A stretch of 64,000 nucleotides of DNA from Tubulanus polymorphus (lineage: Eukaryota > Animalia > Nemertea): positions 11,449,859 to 11,513,858 of the forward strand of contig NC_134036.1 of assembly GCF_964204645.1 (NCBI RefSeq), read 5' to 3'. Made by a program: the position numbers and the translations under genes. Shown here one piece after another: positions 13,789 to 27,500 of the stretch (its first letter is position 1; each line of letters starts with the position of its first letter). Under the pieces are notes generated by a model that was given only the letters and a program-made list of their open reading frames with translations, had not been told where the DNA came from and searched no databases.

Positions 13789-14249
13789 CAGTAGAACTGG
13801 CCCAAGTCGGACGGCTTTAAATAGGAAAATCAGCAAAATCAGCCGAATCCAAGGACCCGATTTTTTCAGTTCATTTTCCTATCCAAATCTGTCTCATACT
13901 TAGAAATTCCACTAAGTCGGCTAGAATATATGTTCCGAAGGTTTCAAAGCAATGCATTTTTCAATCTCTAAGTCAGTCGTCCAATTTCAGTTATTTCTAA
14001 ACAAATCGAAACCGGCGCGCATTGTATTATACACCGGTAGATCGATTTTTCTTTTGACGGACACACCTTTTTGCAATTGTAGTCCCCGGTTGCACCCAGT
14101 TGTTAGGGTAAGGGTCTTAGTATTAGTAGCTAACTCGGATTTTTCTTAGAAAACCCCAAAAACCCGACTTAGTCATAATATAATCGGAATTTTTCTGAGT
14201 CGGACATTTGACCGTGGTCCTAGCGTGACCGACTTACTACTTACTACTG
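13789..14249. mobile_element. MITE-like insertion present in both inverted arms but absent from the 5600-7371 copy
   Basis: TA-CAGTAG...CTACTG-TA boundaries; the flanks are contiguous in the third copy near 6075. Confidence 0.55.
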
Positions 14250-14670
14250 TAACACATGTATATATAGTGAACGCAATATTTTGGCGTTACACTTCGTGGC
14301 TAGAGTACACGATTGATGTACATGCTACTGGAATAATACGCGCAGTATCCAAAGGTATGAGATCTGTAGACATAATAAGATTGACTGGAACAGGTCGAGT
14401 TATAATGTATGTATCTAAGAACGGACCAATAACTCATAAACATCAACAACAGATCGAAATGTTAGTCGAAATCGGGAAATAATTTGATATCGTCGACTCC
14501 CGGACAAACAGACAAGAGAAAAGTGAACGCACACAAGCCAATTGCAAAGTAGGTGTACCAGGGATCTTAAGAAAATGGTCATGAAGCCGATGTTTTTCTT
14601 TCATCTACCCATTTTTTCGTTTATGTACGTCACCGTTGGCAACAAAAGACAATCTAAAACATCGACGTTA

Positions 14671-14889
14671 GGCTAAAAAAATTGATACCTTGTTTCTCCG
14701 CTCTGCTGAGCTTAAATGTTGACCCAGCCGGCCGCCTATCTACCCCATACATTACTTTTTTTTAAATCGCGATCAATTTTACCATAACAGACCCGGACGC
14801 TATAGAAATGAACTGTTTATAAATTTTATCATATTTTACAAAAATGACCCAGCCGCTGCGGAGAAACAAGGTATCATTTTTATTTAGCC
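14671..14889. mobile_element. MITE with TTA target duplication (PIF/Harbinger- or Zator-like), left arm only
   Basis: TIR GGCTAAAAAAATTGATACCTTGTTTCTCCGC / GCGGAGAAACAAGGTATCATTTTTATTTAGCC; TTA on both sides; empty site in the right arm at ~49670. Confidence 0.85.
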
Positions 14890-17800
14890 TTATCATGCTG
14901 CATTAGACACAGATCAACATCGGCTTTAGCTAGTGGAATTTTAATTCACTTTCTTAGCCCGCTGCAACCTTGAATTTTACCACATTTCAACGATAACTTA
15001 GTGAATTTAGTCGTATGCCAGCTTAATTGAAGTTATACTGAATATCCGAAAAGCTGCTATCAAAATGCAATTAGTATTTTTTCTACCTTTTTTCTATGTG
15101 CTAGCAATGTTGTTAGATTTTACAAGGCCAAGTCTGACAAAAATCCAATTTCCGGACCCAAATATAATTTTATTAACATATATTCATTGCTTTGTGTTTA
15201 TAACAGGTGTCATCAAAGAACTGAACTATAAATTCGGTGAAGTATGTGAGGTAGAGGATATACAATTAGGCCAAATTATTTCATTTTTACCAACAACAGT
15301 AGGTGATATTAAAAACAAAAACACATTTACGGTTTAGGACGCTTTTACGGTCCAGCATCGCCTGCTGCTTGAGGAGCGAGAAACATTCAATGTATCCATC
15401 AATCAATACATTATGCCTACACTTAACCTGATCTCATAACTAGATATTTGTAAATATTGTGGAAGTAATCCGTCGGTAATTTCAGTTGTCATAAAGTTGA
15501 ATAGAAGAACGTTTCTATAATCGATACAGAATTAGTGCATGTAAGTTTTCTTATTAACCATTTTACCCGATGAAGCATCAGTAAACCCCTTACACACTAC
15601 GTTATTTTCGCAGCGAATTTATTCGCACAGAGTGTTTCGCCAGAATGCGCGAGTGTCAGCGTAAAACTAACTACATATATTTGCTCACCGTTTGTTTAGG
15701 GACCTACCTCATGGTTGAGAAGTCGTGCGTCTAATCCCGCTCTCATCGACCGGTCTGATACAGTACACGGTCCAATGAGCCAATGAGAGATTCAGCAACG
15801 CTAGAACGATTATTTTTTGGAGCCACCTTCAACATCGATGTTTGTTCCTAGCTTATATACCAAAAATCGACTCTTAACGCACTGGTGATCACTGAACAAT
15901 TGTTTTGTGGAGAAAAAAATCGATCGACCTGAAGTACGGCCTCGAAAATTTAGGGAGACCCGGGAGAAGTTATTTCCAGAATTTGGCGCAAAAAATTAGT
16001 CTTTCATATAGGGACCAATATGCGCGAGACAGCTGCGCGCGGTTGAATCAGTCAGGTTGATACACATGCCACTCTTTGGCCGATACAGTAACTTCTCGAA
16101 GTAATTTAGAGCGATCGACGCATTAAATCCGCTCGAGACAGTCGTTTAACTGCGTTTAGGCAATACATTTAGTTCAGCGTTCTCACTATAAGAATAGCCG
16201 TGTGCTGTCGTATGTGTCTAACACCCTAAATTTAACAATGTAAAATATACATGAATCACCTACATTCGGCTTGGTCTTTATTACTTCAGATCAGTAGAAA
16301 ACATCGTAATCAACAGTAACAGTTACAAGAAAATTATTGTGTTAACTTGGGATGATTCGTATCCGTGGAAGAAAGTTAATTATTGATTGTATACACTATA
16401 ATCTAGAAAATCATAAAACTCAATGGAATATCGTTTTTCAATCTTCCGTACACAAATTATCCTGATATGAAAATAAAGGGTACTTCAATGTACTACTTCA
16501 AATTATACTGTATATTTAATTTTATTTAGTAGTATAAAAATAATGGATCAGCAGGCCACCTGAGACCAATCTACGACCTAAGGTCAGTTGCCTAAAGTTG
16601 TTTGGAGTTTACCAGTGGATTGTTAATATTTGTAATTGCAATTAAAACTTCATTGCTAAAATAACTTTGTATTTGTAGTATAGTCGCACTCAAATGTAGA
16701 TATTTGACAAACCCGCTGCGTATAAATTTAAAACGATGATCTCTAGTGAGAGATCGAACGTCGTGTCGTAATTTTTAAATGATAAGCCATGGTTCGAAAT
16801 TTGAAATATGCGCGTAGTGGGTCTTTTTCGTATTAAACGTGTATTTGGTCATGTATCATATGGTTTAATGGTTAATCTAAACTTTTTGTGAGTTATTAGT
16901 CCCGGAGTATCGTTGAATGATTCATGTAATACAGGATGCAATATTTCACTGAAAACAGTGGAAATAGCTAGAAAAGGTAACAATGTGCTTGCTAATGTAC
17001 TAATAATAAGTGCATTGGTAAACACAAAGCAAACATACATCGGTTGCTTAGGTTTTTCTAAGGGGGGACGTTTTGGGAAAATTAATGGTCAATCAGAAAA
17101 ATAAATGGTCAATTATTATCGAGATATCTAAAATGGAAGCTTTTCAGGGATCTAAAAAGTTGAACTGTCTGTACACAAGGAATTTTTTTTCTCTTTGTAG
17201 TCAAATGTATGAATCCGTTATTACCTCTGGCGTGTAGATGCAATACAACAAAAAGAAACGAAATTCTTAATATGGACTTTCCTAAATTTACGTGAGTGTA
17301 TGTTTAATCAGCATCAAAATTAAGCATTGGTACTCTAGATAAGAGATTATAAGCAGAACAAATTGAAAATAGTGAAAACTATTGGATTGAATTCAAATCA
17401 TGGACGAAGACTGATGTTTTACAGACAATTCGATCGAAAATAAGTGATAGATAATGAAGGTTGAAAGAATCTTCTCCAGTAGGTATAATAAGCTTTTATT
17501 CACAGAGGTATATTCGCTCTGGCTGTTTTCTTCCCAGTCTCGTTGTTTTTTTTCTACTTTAAATGTTTCCCGGTGTCTCATTTTAAATCATTTTACTCTT
17601 TAAAAGGAGGCTGGAGGAATGTTGTAACGTGTGCAGACCCTTACCACACATGGCTGGAATTCACGGATTTTCATGTATTTATGCGTCAAAACATTCCTCC
17701 AGCCCATGTATGGAATGTAAACGTACCTATACACGTCGCAACAACCAAAAATATCTTGTGTACTCGTCGGAACTCATGGCCGTACTATGTTTAGGTTTTC

Positions 17801-20800
17801 CTACGTAGACACATACGTCACATCCAGACGTGTTTATTTACATTATTTCTATTAATTGTTTATGTCTGCCTCATGCATCAACGCAGGCAGTCTGGCAATA
17901 GTAACACTAACCATGAACTCCAGCTTCCGTACACATCACTATCTTCCTAATATCCCCATGGACTTAATATTGTCGCCCCGAAAATCAAGATGAGACAAAC
18001 CAAACTCAGAACACAACACTCGCGACGATTGTATAATGAAATACGATTACAAAATATCACAGCAAATCATAGATTGAAAATATCGGACTTTTTAAAGTTC
18101 ATATAATTTTCTTCAATTCCAAAATTGAAAGTCAATTTATAGCTGCGCCTTATAACTGTTGCTGTTCCCTGTGAATTTACACCAATTCATAGGGAACAGC
18201 AACACCTAATAACATAGTCAAATACTGGAGAAACGGACATCTGTTCTAACGATCATCACTAAATAGGGAATAATCTGTCGTATCTTCAGGCGAAGGTAAG
18301 GAATCACATCAGACAGAAATATATACGACAAACACGAATTAAACATCGTACGAGACGCTATAACGGTATAGTAATAAAATGACGCTATAACGGTATAGTA
18401 ATAAAATGACATAACTGGAGCTGACACAATATGTCACAAACCGCTAAAGGAACACCTAGAACCAAGCAAAATAGTACTCCTTTCTGCTGAAACCGAGAAA
18501 TATACTGTCTTTTAACCTGCGAAAATATCACAATAAATTTCATTCAGTTTTATAGAATCTATTTTTTTCATCTATATTTATTTTTTCACCATCAATTACA
18601 TTTTTTCTGATGTTTACATGATTTATTATGAAAAGATATATTCGATTTACCAACATATTTATCACAACGTTTGGAAAATATTTTATTTTATCAACATTTT
18701 TACTTGCATTTCCATCCTCCAAGAAAAAAATTACCCCATATATTTTACCCAACATTTTAACCCAAAAACCTACCTAGCCTCATACTCCATACTTCTGGCC
18801 TCAAACCCCCAATTTCCCTTTACTCACGGAGCTTGATCTAATTTTCTTCCTAAACTACAATTTCTCGCTACAATCATGTAACAATTTTTCAATCCCCCAC
18901 CTGACTCCAGTGGGTGCGGTGTAGATGTAAGTGGAGCTTTCCATTAGAAAAAAAATTAAGATGTGATGTAAAGATAATGATCGAGATGGTGGCACGAGCT
19001 AACGGCCGGCGTCGGTGAATCTCCTATGGAGCCACGTGTACGTGTACGCGTTCGCTGCGCAATGGTCCATTTGGTGCGAGCGAGATTTAGACTCACCACT
19101 TCGCAATAAAAAAGGTATGTTCTTATTTTCATTCATAAAAAAGACATGTACGTGATATAAAAAAGTCAGGCCGGTGTCGTCAATCTTCTGTCGTGTTCAA
19201 CTATTTAGCGAGTTTAAACAATGCAAAACAAGATATAGTGTACTACAAAGGTTGACATGAGATCAGCACAAGTAGTTGTTGTGAGGTCGAGTCCCAACGT
19301 GTCCTTCTTTCTTCACATCTAACAACAACCTGCTTACTACATCGTTTTTTATCTGACACCCATTAATAACTACCAACGCATACAGGAAATCAACATTACA
19401 AATATTTTTAGCTACTACGAAATCTTGCTGCGGATCAATAGGACGCGAAAAGTGCGACTAGGACAAATTAATCTATAAACTTGTATTGCATCCGCATACA
19501 GAAAATGCGCTGATCACTGCAGCTACACATGTACGTTTGAGCTGAATAACACAAACCTACGAGCAATAATCTCAACCTGAGATAATTGCTCGTAGCATCA
19601 TTTGCATTAATAGTTACAGTTTTGAATTTATCAATATAATCATATGATAATGAAAATCCTGGATTGTATTTAGTTTGAATTGTGTTACAATATTTTCATC
19701 ACTTACTGCGTCATATTCTAAACATATATTCGATAATTTATAACCCATGTCTTTAACAACTCTAGATAATACCATATTTCTTGGAACGGGGAGAATACGA
19801 CGATCCCCCGACGACTGTAATTATCAATCATCAAATCTATACTTATAAAAAAACTGAAACAACTACCTGTAAACGGTTTAAAATGCCGTCTGATTTATCA
19901 AACACGAACGGTTCGTTTAACCCAAGTATTTTACTATTATTTTCACTTTTCCCATTTTCAGTCTACGAATGGTTGATCGCGCGGTAAGGCTACGGGGAAT
20001 CCTAGGTTTCCACGTTTGGTGATGTGGCAAAACCTATAAAAGATGCATAATTTCCCTAACAAAGATATATCTTGCTCTGGACGTTCCTTTTGGATGGCGA
20101 TACTAAAAGGGGAATTCGTTGTTTTGCATGGACTTGTAATAAACATTGTAATTGCACCGTATTATCAGTTGCGCGATAAAATCAAACTTAAGGACAGGTC
20201 GTTTGGTAAGAATTGGACTTTATTTCATAATTGTAAACACATTTTCGTGCTCTTTATTTCGTATTTTTCACTGCATTTTTGTATGTCAATTGACCATATG
20301 CATGTTTTCAGATATTCGAGAGCAACGACATTATTTAAACACATCTATCATATCAATCTTTATCTATCATCAATTCAGAAAACTTGTCTTAAGCACGTGT
20401 TCTAATTGCGAATGCCCAGATTTCACAAATTGTTTTTTAGTGTCTTCGAGATCTGAAAAATGTAGGTGCTTGTTTAAAACATATTGGTTGGGAGGCTCAA
20501 GAATAAACGAGATTTGAATCAATGATTGAAAAATACATACACCCACTTAACACAAATTCTAAAGATTTAGTATTAAATCAGACCAATCAAAAACAATTGT
20601 TGTTTACTGATAATTGAGTTTCTGATTTATATCCAAAACATGCTATAAAATCTAGCGTATTAATCTGCCACCATCAATAACCTGCAGCAAACGACGCGAT
20701 AGTGACCACAATCTGACCTTTAGCAAATACGAGAAATTAGTGAATATTTTCTTGTAACATTTTATCAATTTGAAGTCAATTTAATGGCATAGACAGTACT

Positions 20801-21560
20801 TCTTTTAGTCACGTGACTTTCTGTTGGCGGAGTGTTTCTATAGCCGTTAGTGCTAGGCGGTCAAATTGCTTGTGATTGGCATCAGATAAAGGAGAAAAAT
20901 CGTCGGGCTCTCATTCCTTTGTCTGCTGGGAATTATTAGAGACGGTTTATGGTTCACTGTTTTGTAAACACGAAGGTCGTTTAATTGAAATAAGTTTACA
21001 GATTCCGTTAGTTGTCGAGAATCTTTTGAATGAAATAAAGTCCATAGTAACAAAATGAATTTAAGGCTATGAAATTCATAAAAATTGAATTGAAATCATC
21101 TAAAAACACGATTCGGTTATCGCGGCCACTTTGTTATCACACTACGTTATCTACTTACGGTTCTGCCTTCTAGTTAAAGTTCGGTTGCGGCGTTTAGTAT
21201 TGGAACATTTAGGCTGAAAATTCGCTCATGAATTTTATGCTTCATACATTAAATATAGTATTGGATTTTCTATTCAATGCTCACGACAGGTGCTAATTTC
21301 AGTACTTAAAAACCTGAGTGGAATCGAGTGAAATATGAAACCTTTTCGTCTGGAATATTTTATCTCAAAATTCAGGATCTGATATTATTAAACTAAATAA
21401 CGTTTTCAAACTTGTCATGTCAAATAAACCTAAAATGTATGGGACTGGATACAAAGTCAAATTAGTCCCAAATGACCGTGATTAGAGGCGGGTGAAACTG
21501 ACTAAACGGTGCAACGGGATAAGCAGTCAAAGCAAACAAGACTGTAAAACTCGATTCAGG

Positions 21561-24500
21561 TGTCACCCTGATATAATTTGCATATTTCATAATCATATAG
21601 ATCTACAATGTCATATCCAACAGTTCATAATATTTCATAGCTCTACTAACTATTAATAATAATAATAATAATCATGATAATAATAATAATAATAATAATA
21701 TTAATAATAATAATAATAATAATATAATATAACTTATGACTATAGTGTTAATATGTGCTTTAAGGTCGTAATCAACATGTGACATTACTCAACATGTTTT
21801 CACGATAATTAGCTATAGTCAGTGCTCATCGATAATTAATCAATGTCTCTCAAACATGTCACTAGGTGTTTGTTTGTGAGTCCTGGTATCTACAACTTGT
21901 CTGACACCTAGTTCTCACATTATACTCATGATTCTGTATATAAAGACTATGTAAAGCTATGAAAATCATTCTCATTCCGGGATGCAATAAAGATTGTACA
22001 TATAAGGTTTAACTGCCTTGTTGTTCCTGATGGATGGAATCCTGTACCGCTGGTGTAAATGCTAGTTCCCCAGCCAGCCTGCCGATACAACAACCAGCCG
22101 GTTACAGATGGCGGAGAACCGGGTTTACCTTCACAGATCGACGGTTACAGATGGTGGAGAACCCAAATTTAAGTCCTCGTGACTTACACAAGTACAGACG
22201 AAGCTGCTGATATACGGATTCTGACTGAAACATACCACAAAATAGAAGATCGCATTCAACTACACTTGTGACAAAACTGTGCTGATCGCCGAAATCGCTG
22301 CTGTTTTGGTGGATACAACACATTATGGTAACTTGTTGTCAGCCATAGGTAATATAATTGAATCTTTGTCTCGAATTAGTGGTCGGATATTGAGTATAGG
22401 AAATTATAGCTGTTTGAGTTTGGGAGCATTACCGTGTAGTTGAGCAGTTTGATATATATCTCAAGTTTCGATTGTTCAATTCAAAGTATTTTTCTAGCTA
22501 TACATTATTCATAATCAGTTTCATTTCGTTCTGTACACTTACTTGGTATACACTTCAAAAAGATGAAGCGCATACATTGTAGTAAGGATGTTTGTCGCAA
22601 AGAAGCATCTCGATTATGGGTACCTGATATCAATGCGGTTGATATAAGCTTAGTTTCAGGGTTGAATCGGAATATTATAAACGTTGATATTAATAAACAC
22701 TCCCAACGAGCATTAGTCGATACAGGTGCATCAATTTCATGTATTGCTAGATCAACGGTCGAAGGATGTATCAAAAATCCCATATATAGTCAATCGGATA
22801 TAAACATTATTAGAGGAGTTTGTGGGGAAGCACATTCAGTAATTGGTAGAATTGATGTACCAATTTGCATTCAATCTCATGTATTAACGCATAAGTTTTA
22901 TGTATTCGATAGGCTACATACAGATGTCATTCTAGGACTAGATTTTTTGAAGGAAAACAATGTAAACATTGACCTTGCATCAGGCACAATTGAATTTAAA
23001 GATGTTTCGATTCCATTAAAGATTCTTAGGAATAAACAAGAGCTGTACAGAAATAAAGCTAAAACGGTTAACAAGATAGTTATTTCACCAAATACTAAAC
23101 AAAAAGTTCAAATAAGTGTCGATACGTTGGCGGAAGGTTCATTGGTTGTTTTTGAACCATACAACCACAAGTTATTGAATAAATGTTTAGGTGGAGGTAA
23201 AACATTATGTAAAATCACGGACGGTAAAATTTTCGCTACTATTGTGAATCCTACTAATGAACCGATTCAAATTTCAAAAGATTACGTGCTTGGATTTGCA
23301 TACACAATGTAACTGACGATGATTGTTTTGATTTCGCAGATGACAATACTAGTGCAAACATTTTCTCCATTGATACTGAAACACCACGTGATTATGATGA
23401 AAAAATTAAAATAGCGGAAAATTTAGGCATAAAAATTCCGGCAAATTCAGGATTGTCTCTTGAACAAAAGGAGAGATTAATGTATTTAATTGGATGTAAT
23501 AGGTCGATATTTGCTAGTAACTTACAAGAAATCGGCAAAACTTCATTAGTTACGCATACGATAGAAACAACTGATGACTATGGCTTTTCAGATGCTTATG
23601 TCAAAATGTTTAGGTCATTTGAATTGGCAAGATAGAAACAACTGATGACGACCCTATAATTCAAAGACCTTATCGCAAAAGTCCACACTTGAGACAGGTA
23701 GAAAACGACTTGGTTAACGAACTGTTAGATGCCGATCTTATTGAACCAACTGATTCTGTTTTCAATAATCCTGTGGTTTTGGTCAGAAAACCAGACAATA
23801 CGTATAGGTTTACTATTGATTTTAGAAAACTGAATTCGATAACGCAATCATTTCCACTACCTCATTTTGATGATGTATTCGACACTATAGCCGATGCTAA
23901 ACCCATGATATTTAGTAAATTAGATCTTAATTCAGGATTTCACCAGATACCGCTACATGAAGAATCGCGTCATAAAACAGCTTTTCAAACGACACAAGGC
24001 AAAATGTGCTTCAAAAGAATGCCGATGGGAATTAAGAATGGTCCTATGGCTTTTCAGATGCTTATGTCAAAATGTTTAGGTCATTTGAATTGGTAATATG
24101 TATTGTGTTTCATTGATGATCTCATCATATTCTCTCAAGATTTTGACAGTCACTTAATTCATTTATCGAATGTTTTTGAGAAGCTTAAACAAGCCGGTCT
24201 AACTGCAAAACCGACTAAGTGTGAATTTGCTGTCCCAGACATTGAATATCTAGGTTATACGTTATCAGCCGAGGGTCTTCGTACTTGTAAAAAGAACATC
24301 GAAAAGGTTGACAGCTTTCCAGTTCCGACTAATGTCAAACAATTACGTAGTTTTCTAGGGTTGACAAATTTTTACAGGAAATTCATTCAAAATTATGCAT
24401 CAATAGTTTCTCCCTTGAATGCTTTGAACTGTAAAGATGTGAAGTTCAAATGGACCCCTGATTGTCAGAAAGCTTTTGATACGCTTAAACAGAAATTAAC

Positions 24501-27500
24501 TAGTGATCCAATTTTGATATTCCCTGATTTCAATTCTCGTTTCTATCTCTCGGTTGACTCTTCGGACTATGCTATTGGTTACGTTTTGTCTCAGAAAAAG
24601 AATAATTTAGAACATGTTATCGGATATGGTGGTCGCGCGTTACGTGTAAACGAAAAGAAATGGCATATTAGTGATAAGGAAGGATTAGCTTTGATTGAAG
24701 GAATTCAGAATTTTCATCCCTACCTGATTGGAAATGAATTCACTGTGTATACTGATAGCAAAAGTTTAACGTATATTCATGAAAACCGACTAAATAAACG
24801 TATAGGACGTTGGGAATTGGCTCTTCAAGCATATGATTTTTCTGTTGAACACCGACCGGGTAAGAAAAATGGCAATTGCGACGGTTTAAGTAGACGAGAT
24901 TATGATAAACCTCCTTCTCCTAGACCTGATGATCCTTCACAAGAAACTGTTTTCACAGCAATGAAAAATGGATCTCAGTCTTATGAAGTCGTGTTTGATT
25001 ATACTAGCCCCGTGGTGGCTGAGTTAACTCCTGATACTTATAAGGAGATTGAACTGATTAAACCTGCTTATATAACTCACTTACAGCGGAATTGCCCTGA
25101 AGTTTGTCACATGTTGGAACATAAGTTAGATCCATCATATGCTGTCAACGATGAAAAACTGTTTCGAAAGCTCAGTTGGAGGGCCGACCAATATGGTATT
25201 ATCGATGGCACGTTATAGTATTTGTATACGCCTAGAGTTACTGGTATTCCTAAAGCCGAGAAGGTCATCCCAGTTCTTGAAGTTCCTAGGTCATTACGGT
25301 CGGAAATATTGAAAGCTTACCACGATTCATTAGTGGGGGGTTGCCACCAGGGTCGAGATCGTCTTTATGGTGTTTTACGTAATAAATATCATTGGGATTC
25401 CATGTATGAAGATTGCGGGAAATATGTTTCTACTTGTGAGAATTGCCAACAGGTCAAACGGAATTATCATAGTCATCCAACACCCTTACAACCATTACCA
25501 ATTGAAGGCTTATTCTCCAGATGGCACATTGACTTCCTTTGCAATCTTCCTGAGACACCTAATGGTAATAAGCATATTCTACTCGTGGTAGATAGCTGGA
25601 GTAAATGGCCCGAGGCTTTTCCTCTCAAAACTCAGGAAACAACAGAGGTACCAAAGGTTCTCTTTAAAGAGATATTTTCGCGGTATGGTGCGCCTCATTC
25701 TTTAGTTTCTGATCGCGGTAAAAAATTTATGTCTAAGTTAGTTGGAGCTCTCTGTGAATTGTTTCACGTGAAACAACATTTCACCGCTCCGTACCATCCT
25801 CAATCAAACTCAGTTTGCGAGAGAACTAACCAGTACATTTGGCAGTCGCTTAGATCGTATTGTAACCAGGATCAGACTAATTGGGATACACTAATGCCAA
25901 GTGTAATGATGAGTTATAGGCATGTTCCCTCAACTGAAGGTTCAGGTTTTAGCCCTTACCACATGTTATTTGGTCAAGAAATGCGTCTACCAATAGACAC
26001 GGCTTTAATTCCACGCCATTCGTTAGCTACTGATCATAAGGCATACTTATCACATATATTAAGGCAGCTGGTCATATCACGAAATATTGCTAACGAGAAT
26101 ATTAAAAGAGCTCAAAATAAGTATAAAACTCAGTTCGATAAAAAGGCATCAAAACCTCAGTTTCAGATTACTGATCGCGTTTGGCTAAAAGTCATGAAAG
26201 TTAAGAAAGGAAAATCACCAAAGCTGTGTAAAAAATACGTAGGTCCCTATTTCATTCAGTCAATAGCTAGTAAAGGGGCTTATCAATTACGAAGAATCTC
26301 TGATAACGTTTTACTCCCATCGCATGTCAATGGGAACCGTCTTAAGTTATACAAAGATCCTTCATCGCGTCCGAATTATGAAGAGGTCGCATGGGATGGT
26401 TCAACAGCTGAGGAAAACCCTGAATTATTCGACGAGATTCATGGGCGCTTAAAATCTAAACCTAGCAATCTAGCTGATACTCCAACTGACACTCAAATTT
26501 CGGCAGACGATAACAAAGATAGACCGGTCGTTACTGACACTTTCAATAAATCAGATATTAAAAAAATTCTACAGTACAAACTAGAAAATGGTTTATGTAA
26601 ATATCGCGTAAAATGGAAGTCAGATTTAAATCGTGAAAATTCTTGGGAATTAGGAAAATGGATCCCAAATAAACTAATTCGACACTTTCACGAAAAATAT
26701 GCGGCATCAGGCAAAAAACGTAAGAAACCTTGCAAAAGTAAGTTTTTTGATCGCATTACAGACAATGCTGATAATAATCAGGGAAATCAAAACGATCGAA
26801 ATGATAACGAGAATGACGTAGCAAATATTATAATCACAAATAGAGATAGATGTCAGGGTAGTGAATTAGAGATACGTGCAAAACCTAGAAGAAAATTAAA
26901 TGGAACCGTAATACAGGGTGTATACGTTACTAATGATCGCTTCCAGGAATTTGATAATCAGATATCTAATGAAGACTCATCAAATAATGAGAATGTAAAT
27001 AGTGTATATTGTTCAGCTCGATCGAAAACTCACCAAGAACATACAATTGAGGAAAGCGTTAAGAGTAGTTCAGATTCAAGTAATGTCGCTATCGAAGAGG
27101 CTATTTGGACGGGAAATCGTCGGGCGTTATGTCCATGCCCTACAGGACAAACTATAGTTGCCACTAACTTTCAGAATAATGTGCTATTCGTAAAATATTA
27201 TCATGGCAGTCCATGGTACAGGGCATCGAATCGCGATTGGTTTGAAATAAGTGATTATGGAAAAACTCTCGAACAGCTATGGGGTATTAATCATGTCATT
27301 TCTGCGAATGAAAAGCCTCCCACCGAAATTGAACTCAGAAAATTCGGCGGACCGTTAGCCTCTAGGGCCGTATCAACTCGTTTCAACGACCAGGGTGTCT
27401 TAGAATATTATGTTCTATTTGGGCGCTTTGCTCCACCTTTATGGCTGCCTTGGTATGAAACACCTCCTAGCATACAGAGTCAGTACGCTTCGCATTTGAA

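Larger units (their letters stand above)
13019..19789 (+). repeat. Left arm of ~6.7-kb inverted repeat
   Basis: Reverse complement of 44695-51309 along its whole length. The ORF track shows mirrored ORF pairs (e.g. 18218-18427/46055-46264, 17393-17581/46902-47090, 13952-14149/50197-50385). Confidence 0.97.

Noticed and set aside
14100-14116. Telomeric repeat
   Set aside because: Only about two degenerate TTAGGG-like units, inside a MITE.
16849-18836. Short ORFs conserved between the two arms as real genes
   Set aside because: Their conservation is explained by DNA-level duplication; there are no recognisable domains and several have arm-specific frameshifts.
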